Source: a virus
Taxonomy: Duplodnaviria; Caudoviricetes
Length of the DNA: 56,028 nucleotides
IMG/VR virus record: IMGVR_UViG_3300041809_000290
Coordinates: 1-56,028 of that record
Reading direction: 5' to 3' (one strand)
The notes beneath the pieces were generated by a model. It ran no database searches. It had not been told where the DNA came from and was given only the letters and a program-made list of their open reading frames with translations. Both the position numbers and the translations under genes were made by a program. Below are positions 45,219-55,237 of the stretch, piece after piece (positions within the stretch are counted from its first letter, which is position 1; every line of letters starts with the position of its first letter).

Positions 45219-45859
45219 CATTCAATCACTATCAAGAGCAGGCTAAGAAAACCGCTATATTTCCTAACTTTGTTTATGACATTTCGTTTAATTCCATTGA
45301 ATTTACGGAGCAACCGTCAATCAAAATTATTTATCCTACTCTTGGATTAATTGGAGAGAGCGCAGAACTTTATGAGAAGATGCATTATTTTACAATAGAA
45401 GCCTCAACGACTTCGGTATCAGAAGTGCATTCTAAAATTATTCTTGAGTTATCAGACGTACTTTGGTGCATTTCTATTCTTGCCGATATACTGGGGCATA
45501 AGCTTTCTACTGTTGCTCAATTTCGTGGTGAGGACAATGAGGAATTAACTTTTGATTCTTGGATAAAAGATCATATAGCATTTGAAAGACACGGTGCTAA
45601 TACCATAGTTGATGACTTGTTGTATTCGACTGGATTATTTGCAGAATGTGTTAAGAAGATATTAAGAGATCAAGGTGGAATAATTGACAAAATAAGTGGA
45701 GAGAGGTTGTTTGAAATCCTGCATAATTGTCTAGTTTATATCGGAACTATCTCAGTTAAAATAAATTCAACATTCAATCATATTGCAATAAAAAATCTGG
45801 AGAAGTTGGAATCTCGAAAGGAACGTGGAGTATTAAACGGTTCAGGGGACACTCGATGA
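45215..45859 (+). CDS. MazG-like NTP pyrophosphohydrolase, apparently tandem-duplicated
   Basis: YQEQAKKTA, LGLIGESAEL, ELSDVLW, NLEKLESRKERG. Confidence 0.85.
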   Translation: MTFNHYQEQAKKTAIFPNFVYDISFNSIEFTEQPSIKIIYPTLGLIGESAELYEKMHYFTIEASTTSVSEVHSKIILELSDVLWCISILADILGHKLSTVAQFRGEDNEELTFDSWIKDHIAFERHGANTIVDDLLYSTGLFAECVKKILRDQGGIIDKISGERLFEILHNCLVYIGTISVKINSTFNHIAIKNLEKLESRKERGVLNGSGDTR

Positions 45860-46737
45860 CCAAAGAGGTCGCGCTCAGGTTTGATACGCATGTCGATATT
45901 GACATGCAAAAGACGGTGAACTTTCTTGAAGAGTCCAGGAAGGTAGTTCGAAGTTTATTTGAACAAAATCCTAAGCTTGCTATACAGGCTTTGAATCAGG
46001 TATCAGCGATAGAGGCAATGTCACATAAAATAAAACTTGATGAACTTCAACAACAAGCGATGATATCTAAGGTGTCTATGCAACGAGAAATAGGGACCCT
46101 TTTAATGCCATTAGTAAAACGAGGGCCAAAATTAAATAATAGTAAGAATCCAAGCCTCAAGGATTTAGGAATTAGCGAGGATGAATCAAAGGTGTGGCAA
46201 AAGTATGCTACTCTTCCAGAGTATGCATGGAATTTTGCTCTTAAACAGCAGTTGTTTCCTCGGAAGACTTATTTACTTACAGAGATTAAAAGATTTGTAG
46301 AGATTAGGGATTACTTAGATATGATGGAGGATGTGCGAGTCGATCAACTTGCGCTAAAGGAGTATTTTGTTAAAGGTTATGTATTGGCAGATGTGAAGGC
46401 AGATCTTGAACAAAATGATATTCAGACTAAATCAGAGCGTAAGGCTAAGTCTTCTGTCGGTAAACAGGCTTGGAAGTATGAACAAGAGTCTCAAGAGGAA
46501 GAAGAGGTCGTTGATGATTCTATTGTGGAAAATATGGTCGATCTTCTTGTTGCAAATAGCGAGGCGTTCGAGCATATAGTAGACGAATCAGTGGCCTTTT
46601 TTGAGCAGATCAAATCTGCTAAGATAACTAAGTCCGATCGAGAAAACATAGAGATATCTATGGATCGGTTAATCGAGTGCAGTAAGCAAATGTTCAAGGC
46701 TTATAGAAGAGCAAGGAAGGTATTGAAATGGCAGTGA
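45856..46737 (+). CDS. HTH-like helical protein upstream of tubulin
   Basis: SLKDLGISEDESKVWQKYATLPE HTH-like segment; overlaps tubulin start. Confidence 0.6.
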   Translation: MTKEVALRFDTHVDIDMQKTVNFLEESRKVVRSLFEQNPKLAIQALNQVSAIEAMSHKIKLDELQQQAMISKVSMQREIGTLLMPLVKRGPKLNNSKNPSLKDLGISEDESKVWQKYATLPEYAWNFALKQQLFPRKTYLLTEIKRFVEIRDYLDMMEDVRVDQLALKEYFVKGYVLADVKADLEQNDIQTKSERKAKSSVGKQAWKYEQESQEEEEVVDDSIVENMVDLLVANSEAFEHIVDESVAFFEQIKSAKITKSDRENIEISMDRLIECSKQMFKAYRRARKVLKWQ

Positions 46738-47840
46738 TTCAATTCATCATCGGTCTAGGGCAGTGTGGTAATCGTCTTGCTAAGACATTTTCAGAGGAAT
46801 TCGAGGCGCCTTGTTGTTTCCTAAATTTGGCAACTATTGATTATGCACAATCAGGATTCCCAAAGTCCGCCATTCTTGCTATTGATGAGAATGGAACCGG
46901 AAGAGATCCGGAGGTTGGGGAACGATTGGCTCAAGAGCATAAGCCTCAGATATTAAAGTTCTTGGAACGACAATTTCCAGAATTAGATAAAGGCGATCGT
47001 GTCCTCGTTTGCGTAGGGTTGGGAGGGGGAAGCGGAAGTGGTCTTTTGTCTTTAGTGCTCAGTTGGCTATTTAGTAAAAAGTCTGAAGTGCTTCTTGTAG
47101 CTACTCTTCCTCAAGATAGTGAAAGTCTTCCTGCTAAACCAAACGCTTTGTCGAGTTTAAACACAATAATAAAGAAGTATTTGAAGCCTAAGAAACTTAC
47201 CTTGCTTGTTGTTGACAACCAATTTGCCTTGGAACGTTACGGCACAGAGGACGATGACATCGATGAAGACTCTGGTAATTATTGGTTTAAGGTAAATAGA
47301 GGAATTGTCAAGTCATTGGTACGATATAGAAATCTTACGGATATGGAGCAGTACTTAAATGCTGTTGAAATATCAAGTGGAATCGGAAGCTTTGATGAAC
47401 GAGAGCTTATCAGAGTGCTATTTTATAAGGGAGGAATAATAGACATCAGGGAATTGGTGTGTAATAAATTGGATTTAGATTTAATAAGTAGTGCAAAGTT
47501 TAGATCATTAATATTTGGAAATCTTGATATAGGTACTACTAAGATGTATGCGGTTGCCGTTGGATTTCCTTATTCAATGCGTAATGATCCGAATGTTCCT
47601 GAATTTCTTGATATGATATATAAAAAGTTATCTAAGATAACTCATACTACGTTTGTTTTGAGATCAAGCCACTTTAATAAAAAAAGTAAGGCTATACATG
47701 TGAATGTGTTGTTGTCGGGTCTCACCCAAAGTAAAGGGTTAAATAAAATAATAAAGCATACGGCTAAAGATGTTGCAAAGTATAATTCTAAGGCTGATAT
47801 TGAGAAACTTGATTTAACGGGAATTAAGTTTAAGGGGTAA
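46728..47840 (+). CDS. FtsZ/tubulin-superfamily GTPase
   Basis: GLGQCGNRLA, GTGRDPEVG, GLGGGSGSG signature, VDN, FDERE. Confidence 0.9.
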   Translation: MAVIQFIIGLGQCGNRLAKTFSEEFEAPCCFLNLATIDYAQSGFPKSAILAIDENGTGRDPEVGERLAQEHKPQILKFLERQFPELDKGDRVLVCVGLGGGSGSGLLSLVLSWLFSKKSEVLLVATLPQDSESLPAKPNALSSLNTIIKKYLKPKKLTLLVVDNQFALERYGTEDDDIDEDSGNYWFKVNRGIVKSLVRYRNLTDMEQYLNAVEISSGIGSFDERELIRVLFYKGGIIDIRELVCNKLDLDLISSAKFRSLIFGNLDIGTTKMYAVAVGFPYSMRNDPNVPEFLDMIYKKLSKITHTTFVLRSSHFNKKSKAIHVNVLLSGLTQSKGLNKIIKHTAKDVAKYNSKADIEKLDLTGIKFKG

Positions 47841-47842
47841 GT

Positions 47843-48334
47843 ATGGACACTGCCAAAAGCGTTATTACTGTTCATATAGGCGATAAGACTTATGCGGAAG
47901 CTATTGAAAACAATATTCAACCTTCCTCGCTTACTCCGGAGAATTTAAAGAATGGTCTTGCTAAGGCTGTGGGCAAAAGAGCATTTTATGCGGCTCTTCG
48001 AGCCGATGGTAAGAAAATGGCCGCGTCGATAGATACCGACTTTGACTTTTGGAAGGCTACAAAGTTTAATTCAATAGCCCAACTTCCTCAATATAAAAAA
48101 GCTGCGCAAAAGGTTATCGACATGCAGATCATGATTCGATATCCCAAATCATATAAAGCGCATTTAAGGAGGCAACGAGAGATTTCATACGTTAATGAAA
48201 GGCTTCTTGTGCTTGTTACTGCTTATGAGAACTTAATATCAGCATTGCAAAGTATTGCGAAGCTGACCATAAGCGAACTAAACATATTCAGCAGCGGTGC
48301 TGGATCCGAATCAAGTGGGGATTTTAATGACTGA
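47843..48334 (+). CDS. Putative UvsY-like recombination mediator
   Basis: Helical, about 160 aa, next to SSB in a recombination module. Confidence 0.4.
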   Translation: MDTAKSVITVHIGDKTYAEAIENNIQPSSLTPENLKNGLAKAVGKRAFYAALRADGKKMAASIDTDFDFWKATKFNSIAQLPQYKKAAQKVIDMQIMIRYPKSYKAHLRRQREISYVNERLLVLVTAYENLISALQSIAKLTISELNIFSSGAGSESSGDFND

Positions 48335-48350
48335 TAGAAAGGAGACAACG

Positions 48351-49706
48351 ATGAAGGGAAAGAGCACTGGTTCTACGAGGGTTCGACCGGCGAAAAAGAC
48401 TTCGACTAGGAAGTCAGACGCGAATGATTTCACCGATGATGAAGTTGTTCGCGAGTCTCAGCAAGCCACTCAATCGAGTGGAAATTACATTCGAGTTAAG
48501 GAAGGAGAGAAGGCCCCGATTTATTTCCTTAGCTCTAAGTTCGAGCAGGGCTATGAGCATTGGATTGACATAGGAGGTAGTCCAAATCGAATTCCTTGTG
48601 CGGGTGGCATGAAAGGAAAGGGCTATGCCGCTGATGACTGTCCTCTTTGTGCTTTAGCGCAAGAGCATTTTAATTCCGCAAAGAAATTGGCAAGTGCCGG
48701 TAAGTCTTCTGCGGCAAAGGCTGAGAAGGATCTAGCATTTAAGATTAGAGCTAAATATGCAATGTACTTCATCGCAGCTAAGGGCGAGCGCAACGTAGTA
48801 TCTGTAAAGGGCGAGAAGCAATTCAAAATAGAATTTGATAATGCACAGGTTGGTCTTCTCTCATTGACTAAGGCCAATCGGGATGCTTTTGCTGCGTGTA
48901 AGGCAAAGTACGATTATATAGTTCAGAATAAGGATCTATTTAATCGATATATAATTTTTGATAAGCGCAAGCGTGGAGAAGACGAGTTCTCGTCGGTAGA
49001 ATTTATACCTGCGAAGAAACCTTCCGAAAAGCCCGACGTAGAGATACCGGAGGATGTTGATCTTGACAGCGTTTTTGAAGTTGACATGGCTCAAATTAAA
49101 AAGGTTGCCAAGGCATTCCGCGCTGGTGATTTTGAAGAGGAAGACGATTCGAATGTGGACCTCGAAGATGAAGATGAGGAGGATGAGGACTCTCTTGAAG
49201 AGTTAGATTCAGACGATGATGACTCTGAAGAAGAGGACGAGGACTCCGAAGAGGAAGAAGAGGATGAGGAGGAAGAGCCTACGCCTCGGAAACAGGCTAA
49301 ATCAAAAAAGAAGCCTCCTGTGAAGAAGCATTCGAAATCGAGGGATGTTGAGGAGGAAGAGGATTCGGATGAAGAGGAAGTGGAGGATGAAGACTTCGCT
49401 GACGTTGAAGAGGACGAAGACGGCGATGAAGAATCCGAAGAGGAAGGGGATGACGAAGACTTCCTCGGTAAAATAACGGATGATTTTGAAGACGATGACC
49501 CCGAGGAAACGCCCAAGAAGCGAAAGACTCGAGAAGAGAAGACGACCAAGAAGGTAATAGGAAAGAAGCCCGGTCCTGTATCGGGTTTCAAGAATCGGGG
49601 GCCTGCGAAAGAAGCTCCTGAGAAGAGGAGAGGACGGCCGACGAAGAGTACTCCTCCTCTACCAGCAAAGGCCAAGGCTATATTAAAGGCCAAGCATCGA
49701 GGATAA
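48351..49706 (+). CDS. Single-stranded DNA-binding protein (gp32-like) with long acidic region
   Basis: HW...C...DDCPLC Zn motif; long D/E tract; AAAGGAG RBS. Confidence 0.7.
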   Translation: MKGKSTGSTRVRPAKKTSTRKSDANDFTDDEVVRESQQATQSSGNYIRVKEGEKAPIYFLSSKFEQGYEHWIDIGGSPNRIPCAGGMKGKGYAADDCPLCALAQEHFNSAKKLASAGKSSAAKAEKDLAFKIRAKYAMYFIAAKGERNVVSVKGEKQFKIEFDNAQVGLLSLTKANRDAFAACKAKYDYIVQNKDLFNRYIIFDKRKRGEDEFSSVEFIPAKKPSEKPDVEIPEDVDLDSVFEVDMAQIKKVAKAFRAGDFEEEDDSNVDLEDEDEEDEDSLEELDSDDDDSEEEDEDSEEEEEDEEEEPTPRKQAKSKKKPPVKKHSKSRDVEEEEDSDEEEVEDEDFADVEEDEDGDEESEEEGDDEDFLGKITDDFEDDDPEETPKKRKTREEKTTKKVIGKKPGPVSGFKNRGPAKEAPEKRRGRPTKSTPPLPAKAKAILKAKHRG

Positions 49707-49762
49707 TTTGATTTAATAGGCCCTCTCGTATGAGAGGGCTAATTACTTTGAGGGAGGTTACT

Positions 49763-50059
49763 ATGGGTGATCCACAAGAGATGCATGATGAGGATTATGA
49801 TGATCCAAGAAAGAGCAAAATGAACTTTAGTGAAGCTCTTGATTGTTTAAAAGTTCATGTTAAGGTTGCACGTCAAGGATGGAATGGAAAGGGTATGTAT
49901 ATTGAATTGGTAGGATCTCATCAATGGTATAGAACTACTGGAGAGGAAGGATTGACCAATTCCTCGTTTATTGCCATGAAGACTGCACAGAACACCTATA
50001 TTCCTTGGCTTGCATCTCAGATGGACATGCTCGCTGAAGATTGGTGCGTGGTAGAGTGA
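49763..50059 (+). CDS. DUF2829 / Tad2-like protein
   Basis: MNFSEAL..LK..KVARQGWNGKGM...PWLASQMDMLAEDW. Confidence 0.85.
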   Translation: MGDPQEMHDEDYDDPRKSKMNFSEALDCLKVHVKVARQGWNGKGMYIELVGSHQWYRTTGEEGLTNSSFIAMKTAQNTYIPWLASQMDMLAEDWCVVE

Positions 50060-50060
50060 A

Positions 50061-50270
50061 ATGAGCGGACGTTACTGCAAGTGTGGAGCGCCCGCTGATT
50101 ACACAGGGGCGGAATCGTATAGTTACACTTTATATCTGCCTGTTAATAATGGAATGCCGATTGTGGTTTATGCAATTTGTGGGCATGGGAAGATTGTAGT
50201 TAACAGATCGATGGAGCTGGATAAGCAAGCATATTATCTTGAAAGATCCAACGTAGCAACGTTTTCTTAA
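50061..50270 (+). CDS. Small hypothetical protein
   Basis: ORF, CKCG motif. Confidence 0.55.
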   Translation: MSGRYCKCGAPADYTGAESYSYTLYLPVNNGMPIVVYAICGHGKIVVNRSMELDKQAYYLERSNVATFS

Positions 50271-50293
50271 TAGTAAATTAGGAGGTTTATTAA

Positions 50294-51289
50294 ATGGCAA
50301 CTCTTAAGGAACTTGAATCCGCAGTAAATAAAGGAGTAGGAACAAATTTAGTAACTCATTTAACCACTAAAGGCGCTAAAGTAGTTAAATCAGGTTTAAG
50401 CACAGGTTCAATGTGTTTAAACTATGCTCTTAGCGGAACTCCGAACATAGGATTTGCCTATGGTAGAATGGTAGAACTGTTTGGTCCGGAGAGTTCTGGC
50501 AAGACTACTTTGGCATTACACTGCATTGTCGAAGCACAACGTCTTAAACTTCCTTGTATTTATATAGATGCCGAAAATGCTCTTGACCCAATTTACATGG
50601 GCGCCGTGGGAATTGATTTAGACAATTTATCCATTGTACAACCAGATTATGGAGAGCAAGGTTTGCAAGCGGTGGAACATGCATTAAAGAACGGATATCG
50701 TTTAATTGTGGTTGATTCAGTGGCTATGTTAACTCCGAAGGCCGAACTTGAAGGTGATATTGGTGATGCTCATATTGGGCAGCAAGCTAGAATGATGGGT
50801 CAAGCTATACGTAAAATATCTAACATAACGAACAAGAAACAAGCGGTAGTTTTATTTATTAATCAAATCCGATATAAAATAGGAGTAATGTTTGGCAATC
50901 CCGAGACGGTCCCCGGCGGAATGGCACTTAAATTTGCGGCGTCTTATCGTTTGGAGATAAGAAGTCCTCGTGGTGATAAGATTGAAACGAAGGACGCTGT
51001 TGAAGGTAACACTGAAACGGGAACAAGGACCAATGTAAAAGTAATTAAGAATAAATGCTATATACCATTCCGAAAAGCGTCATACGAGATCGCTTATGGA
51101 AAAGGCATTGATAGAGTTCGTGATGCTGTTAATTACCTTGAAATGATTGGCAAGTTTAGCGATGGATCAATAGTATTTAATAAACATCGATTTAATAAGA
51201 AGAAGTTATATGAGGAAATGAAGACAAACAAAGAATGCCGGCAATTCGTGGTCAACATAATCAAGGAAGAAGCGAAAGGAACACATTAA
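50294..51289 (+). CDS. recA: RecA recombinase
   Basis: GPESSGKTT, IDAENALDP, VVDSVA, FINQIR, GGMALKF. Confidence 0.97.
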   Translation: MATLKELESAVNKGVGTNLVTHLTTKGAKVVKSGLSTGSMCLNYALSGTPNIGFAYGRMVELFGPESSGKTTLALHCIVEAQRLKLPCIYIDAENALDPIYMGAVGIDLDNLSIVQPDYGEQGLQAVEHALKNGYRLIVVDSVAMLTPKAELEGDIGDAHIGQQARMMGQAIRKISNITNKKQAVVLFINQIRYKIGVMFGNPETVPGGMALKFAASYRLEIRSPRGDKIETKDAVEGNTETGTRTNVKVIKNKCYIPFRKASYEIAYGKGIDRVRDAVNYLEMIGKFSDGSIVFNKHRFNKKKLYEEMKTNKECRQFVVNIIKEEAKGTH

Positions 51290-52419
51290 TGATTATCATA
51301 TCCGACCTTCATACCGGTAATAAACATGACACTATTAAAAAGGGTTGGACCGACAATCGATCATTTGACTTGTTGGCTCGAGGCAAAGAAGCCATAGATG
51401 CAGCAAGACGACTTAAAAGCTCTGCTATGGCCATAGCGGGAGACATATATCAAAGTTCAAAGCCCGAACCTGATTCCATTGATATTTTGTTTAGATTACT
51501 TAGTTATGCACAGGAGCAGGATATATTTGTTTATATAATTCCTGGGAATCATGATTGGAGTCTAAAATATAATTCGCTTATTTATATGAATGCTCGATTA
51601 ATTAGAGGAATACGTGTAATACTAAAACCTACTATTGTAACTATTGAAAATTCCACTGTCGCATTTTTGCCTCATGTCTCACCAAGAGAATACGCCTCAT
51701 ATGATAGTTATATGGATTATGCTAAGAAATTAACGCAAAAGGATAAACCGAAGTCAAAGCCAATAGACTTGGTGATAGGACATGGACTTTTGGAAGGTGC
51801 TGTAGACGCGAATGACAATTCAGATATAGAGAGTGGGAATGCTATTAAATTCAAGATGTCAGAGTTTTGGAATTATCGAATGGGAGTTTTCGGTCACGTG
51901 CACAAGGCTCAGAATATAGGAAAGAATTGGTATACTGGTCCTGTGGTAACAAACACGTTTGGAGAAGTTGATAAGAAATATTATATTGAAACTAAACAAG
52001 ATCATACAGTACAATTGGTTCCATTTAAAACTTCGGAGGAAATATACAAAACATTTAACATCAATGTATTTGAGAAGTTTAAACTAAATGAGCAAAAAGT
52101 GGCTATTGCAGCAAAGAATAAATTAATACGATTAAATATTGCTACTGATGACTTGAACATTGTTCCTAAACAAGAAATTGAAGACATGTTTAACAAATAT
52201 GGAACTGTAATGCAGTTAAACATAGAAGTTAAGCGGAAGGATAATGGACCACAAGAATTAAACGATATAGAATGCGCGAATATAATTAAAAAGTCTGATT
52301 ATGGATCGATATTTAAGAAATATGTAAAATCAAAGAAACTTTTAAAGTCAGAATCGGATTTAGTGATTAAATTGGGAACATCATTAATACGAGAATGTAC
52401 TTCTAATAAAGGGAAATGA
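51289..52419 (+). CDS. sbcD: SbcD/Mre11-like nuclease
   Basis: SDLH, AGD, GNHD, GH, GHVH metallophosphoesterase motifs. Confidence 0.9.
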   Translation: MIIISDLHTGNKHDTIKKGWTDNRSFDLLARGKEAIDAARRLKSSAMAIAGDIYQSSKPEPDSIDILFRLLSYAQEQDIFVYIIPGNHDWSLKYNSLIYMNARLIRGIRVILKPTIVTIENSTVAFLPHVSPREYASYDSYMDYAKKLTQKDKPKSKPIDLVIGHGLLEGAVDANDNSDIESGNAIKFKMSEFWNYRMGVFGHVHKAQNIGKNWYTGPVVTNTFGEVDKKYYIETKQDHTVQLVPFKTSEEIYKTFNINVFEKFKLNEQKVAIAAKNKLIRLNIATDDLNIVPKQEIEDMFNKYGTVMQLNIEVKRKDNGPQELNDIECANIIKKSDYGSIFKKYVKSKKLLKSESDLVIKLGTSLIRECTSNKGK

Positions 52420-52420
52420 T

Positions 52421-54436
52421 ATGCTTACATCAATTGAAGCCAAGAACTTTTTATCGTATTCGCATGTTAAATTGTCGATAAACAAGAAGCAGCATACTAC
52501 CCTTGTTTTAGGGGACGTAGGATCCGGTAAATCATCTCTATTTGAAATGATTTGTTGGGGTTTGTATGGTTGTGGTCGAACTAATGTATTATCAGAAGTT
52601 AAACGAATTGGAATAGAAGGTGATACGTTTGTTGAATTAAACTTTGAGAAGATAAAGGGATATGAAAAACCCCTTAAAATAGTTCGTGGATTGAAGACTG
52701 ATAATTCAGGGTATTTACAAGTATGGTATGACGGACAAGTACTTGACAAGGGTGGGGCAAAAGTAGCTTCCAATAATTCGGCACAAGAAACCATTAATAA
52801 TATATTTAGTGCAACTCGTGAAGAGTATTTATTGTCATCGTTCTTTGGTCTTGGTACAAATGATTTATTATTTAAAGCCTATCCTTCTGAGAAATTAGAC
52901 ATATTGCAAAAATTTGTAGGTATAGACGTTTGTAATGAAATAAATTCAACGGCACTTAAATATAGTAAGGACAAGCACAAAACAGCAGAATTAATAGAGA
53001 CCCAAATAACTACGCTTCTTAATTCTATTAGCGATATTAAGGACAGAAAGCAGGAGTTAAAGAAGGCGATTACGAATGCTCAATCTGTTCATACTGAATT
53101 AAATAGACTATATGTAGTTCGCGTTGATTTGCTTAAACAAGAATCAAGATATCAAAGTATAGTTCGTCAATCGACTGGAGACAAATTAAAACGAGAATCG
53201 CTTATTAATAAACACGAGAACGACATGTCTGCATTAAACACTGCAAAGATAGGGATTAGTGTTTCTAAGAAATCACTTGTAGATTGCATAAAACGTAAGG
53301 ATAAATTGGAATCTAAGATATCTGAATTTAAATATACTCCTGAAGTTATGTCTAACAAGATAACAGAGAACAGTAGTAATATGGCCGAAATTAGAGGTCA
53401 AATTAATTTATATAAAGTTGCCGATATAACGGACAGTATGATGAAATGTCCTCTTTGTTCAGCTGATTTGGACAAGAATCATAAAATAAGTATTAAGAAG
53501 ACGTTGATTAAATTGCAGAAACGTTTAGACGAATTGCAGTCTGAAACATTAGAGCTTGGAAAACTGAATACAAGTCTCATTGAGTATTCAGCTAAATTAA
53601 TAAAAGTTAAATCCAAAATTAAAACACTTAATGATGAGATCAAAGAGGGAAATGAGGATATAAAGAATTTAATGAAGTCAATATCTTCGCAAACGATAGC
53701 TATTAGAAAAATAGACAATAGAATTGTAGAGACCAAAGAGGAGCTTCGTAATCACAATAAATTGCTCGCAAAAATAAGCGATCTAGATGAATCAATTAGC
53801 AAATGGCAAATCAAGAGTGGTGGTTTGGATTCCCATGTTAAGGATTTAAGAGATCAATATAGGAAGATGAAATCAACCATGGAGAAAGTGGATAATGAAT
53901 TGAAACCAAAGGTAGATAAACTTCGCAAGGAGGCAATAGCCTATAAGTTTATAGCGGAGGCGTTCTCAAAGTATAATATTCCTAATCAATTGTTAAAAAG
54001 TGTAAAGCATATAATCGAAATAAAGGCTACTCAGATATTTAATAAGTTTGATAATGGAGAGATTCGAATTGACGATATTCCAGGAGAGAAGCCGGGGATA
54101 GATTTCTATTTGGTCACAAGTGAAGGCAAGAAGCCCTATCATTTACTATCAACAGGGGAACAGACACTTGTTTATTTGTCCGTTAGAATTGCGATGTCTA
54201 TAGTTCTTAGCAATATTAAGAACAATAATATTAAATTCTTGGTGCTTGATGAAATTGCAGGAAATCTTGACCCTGATAAGAGGGATATTTTGGCTGGAGT
54301 AGTTGATGGTATGCTGAGGCAGATGTACGAACAAGTATTTGTAACCTCACATGTCGAATTACCTGATGTGTTTGATTCGACTATTAACGTTAAGAAGAAG
54401 GGTGCTGTGTCGAGAATAGAAGGAGGATTAGAATGA
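52421..54436 (+). CDS. sbcC: SbcC/Rad50-like SMC ATPase
   Basis: GDVGSGKSS, CPLC zinc hook, LSTGE, LVLDE, TSH. Confidence 0.92.
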   Translation: MLTSIEAKNFLSYSHVKLSINKKQHTTLVLGDVGSGKSSLFEMICWGLYGCGRTNVLSEVKRIGIEGDTFVELNFEKIKGYEKPLKIVRGLKTDNSGYLQVWYDGQVLDKGGAKVASNNSAQETINNIFSATREEYLLSSFFGLGTNDLLFKAYPSEKLDILQKFVGIDVCNEINSTALKYSKDKHKTAELIETQITTLLNSISDIKDRKQELKKAITNAQSVHTELNRLYVVRVDLLKQESRYQSIVRQSTGDKLKRESLINKHENDMSALNTAKIGISVSKKSLVDCIKRKDKLESKISEFKYTPEVMSNKITENSSNMAEIRGQINLYKVADITDSMMKCPLCSADLDKNHKISIKKTLIKLQKRLDELQSETLELGKLNTSLIEYSAKLIKVKSKIKTLNDEIKEGNEDIKNLMKSISSQTIAIRKIDNRIVETKEELRNHNKLLAKISDLDESISKWQIKSGGLDSHVKDLRDQYRKMKSTMEKVDNELKPKVDKLRKEAIAYKFIAEAFSKYNIPNQLLKSVKHIIEIKATQIFNKFDNGEIRIDDIPGEKPGIDFYLVTSEGKKPYHLLSTGEQTLVYLSVRIAMSIVLSNIKNNNIKFLVLDEIAGNLDPDKRDILAGVVDGMLRQMYEQVFVTSHVELPDVFDSTINVKKKGAVSRIEGGLE

Positions 54437-54669
54437 GTATAGATGTGAAAAAGATAGTTGCTAATTTAAAATTTGAACAAAAGGATGCTATTTATTGTCA
54501 AAAAAGATGGGATGAAATAACACACGAATTAGAGGCGTCTGGATTAATTGATAATCATACGGGCATGAGCCAACTTGGTAAGTACTTAATATCATTAATA
54601 ATTAAACGAGATTTGGACATATATAATATTAAGAAATATATCTATGAACATTTTGGGGAGAATATATAA
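54433..54669 (+). CDS. Hypothetical protein
   Basis: Coupled ORF, GGAGG RBS. Confidence 0.6.
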   Translation: MSIDVKKIVANLKFEQKDAIYCQKRWDEITHELEASGLIDNHTGMSQLGKYLISLIIKRDLDIYNIKKYIYEHFGENI

Positions 54670-55038
54670 ATGATTGAGGACAAAGATGAAAACACAGTAC
54701 GGTCATTAATTATTAAAGCTTTATCATCAAATACACCAAAAGATGGATGGGGAGAACCAAGACAATTGATTCCAGAGAACTTGGATACTGAAATTTTGGC
54801 TGATCACTACTTAATTTATAAAGATAAGATAGAATATTATTTTATGGGATATAAACTTGGAGAGGAGAATAAGAAATGGCCTACACTTGGATGTATTCTA
54901 ATGATGACTCGGACTGGTCGTTCAAAGTCTCCAAGAAAAGTGGTGGTGTTTGCGCGTGGCCTAAATGTTCAAGTTCATTTGGCTTGGGAGCACATCATTG
55001 CGTTCCTCGCGGGTTTATGGCGACGAGACCAATTGTAG
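54670..55038 (+). CDS. Hypothetical protein; C-terminus overlaps the HNH gene
   Basis: ORF with RBS. Confidence 0.5.
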   Translation: MIEDKDENTVRSLIIKALSSNTPKDGWGEPRQLIPENLDTEILADHYLIYKDKIEYYFMGYKLGEENKKWPTLGCILMMTRTGRSKSPRKVVVFARGLNVQVHLAWEHIIAFLAGLWRRDQL

Positions 55039-55235
55039 AGAATGGCATATTGTTATGCAATAAACATCATACATTAGTGGAGAATTGTAAAGGAACGACC
55101 AAGTACGAGCAGATTATAGGAATTTTGATCGGATTGGATGTGTATCTAGCCTTAAAAGAATTAGCCCAAAGCAGCTTGAAGACAGAAGACATAGAGGATA
55201 ATATGGTTATTAGTAGCGACGTTTGGTTGGAGTAA
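54876..55235 (+). CDS. HNH endonuclease-like protein
   Basis: CAWPKC...AHHCVPR...ENGILLCNKHH; GAGGAG RBS. Confidence 0.8.
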   Translation: MAYTWMYSNDDSDWSFKVSKKSGGVCAWPKCSSSFGLGAHHCVPRGFMATRPIVENGILLCNKHHTLVENCKGTTKYEQIIGILIGLDVYLALKELAQSSLKTEDIEDNMVISSDVWLE

Positions 55236-55237
55236 CT

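Noticed and set aside
49720-49739. Hairpin after SSB as a definite terminator, and ATG 49730 as the DUF2829 start
   Set aside because: Good stem but no U-tract; ATG 49730 lies inside the hairpin whereas 49763 has a GGGAGG RBS.
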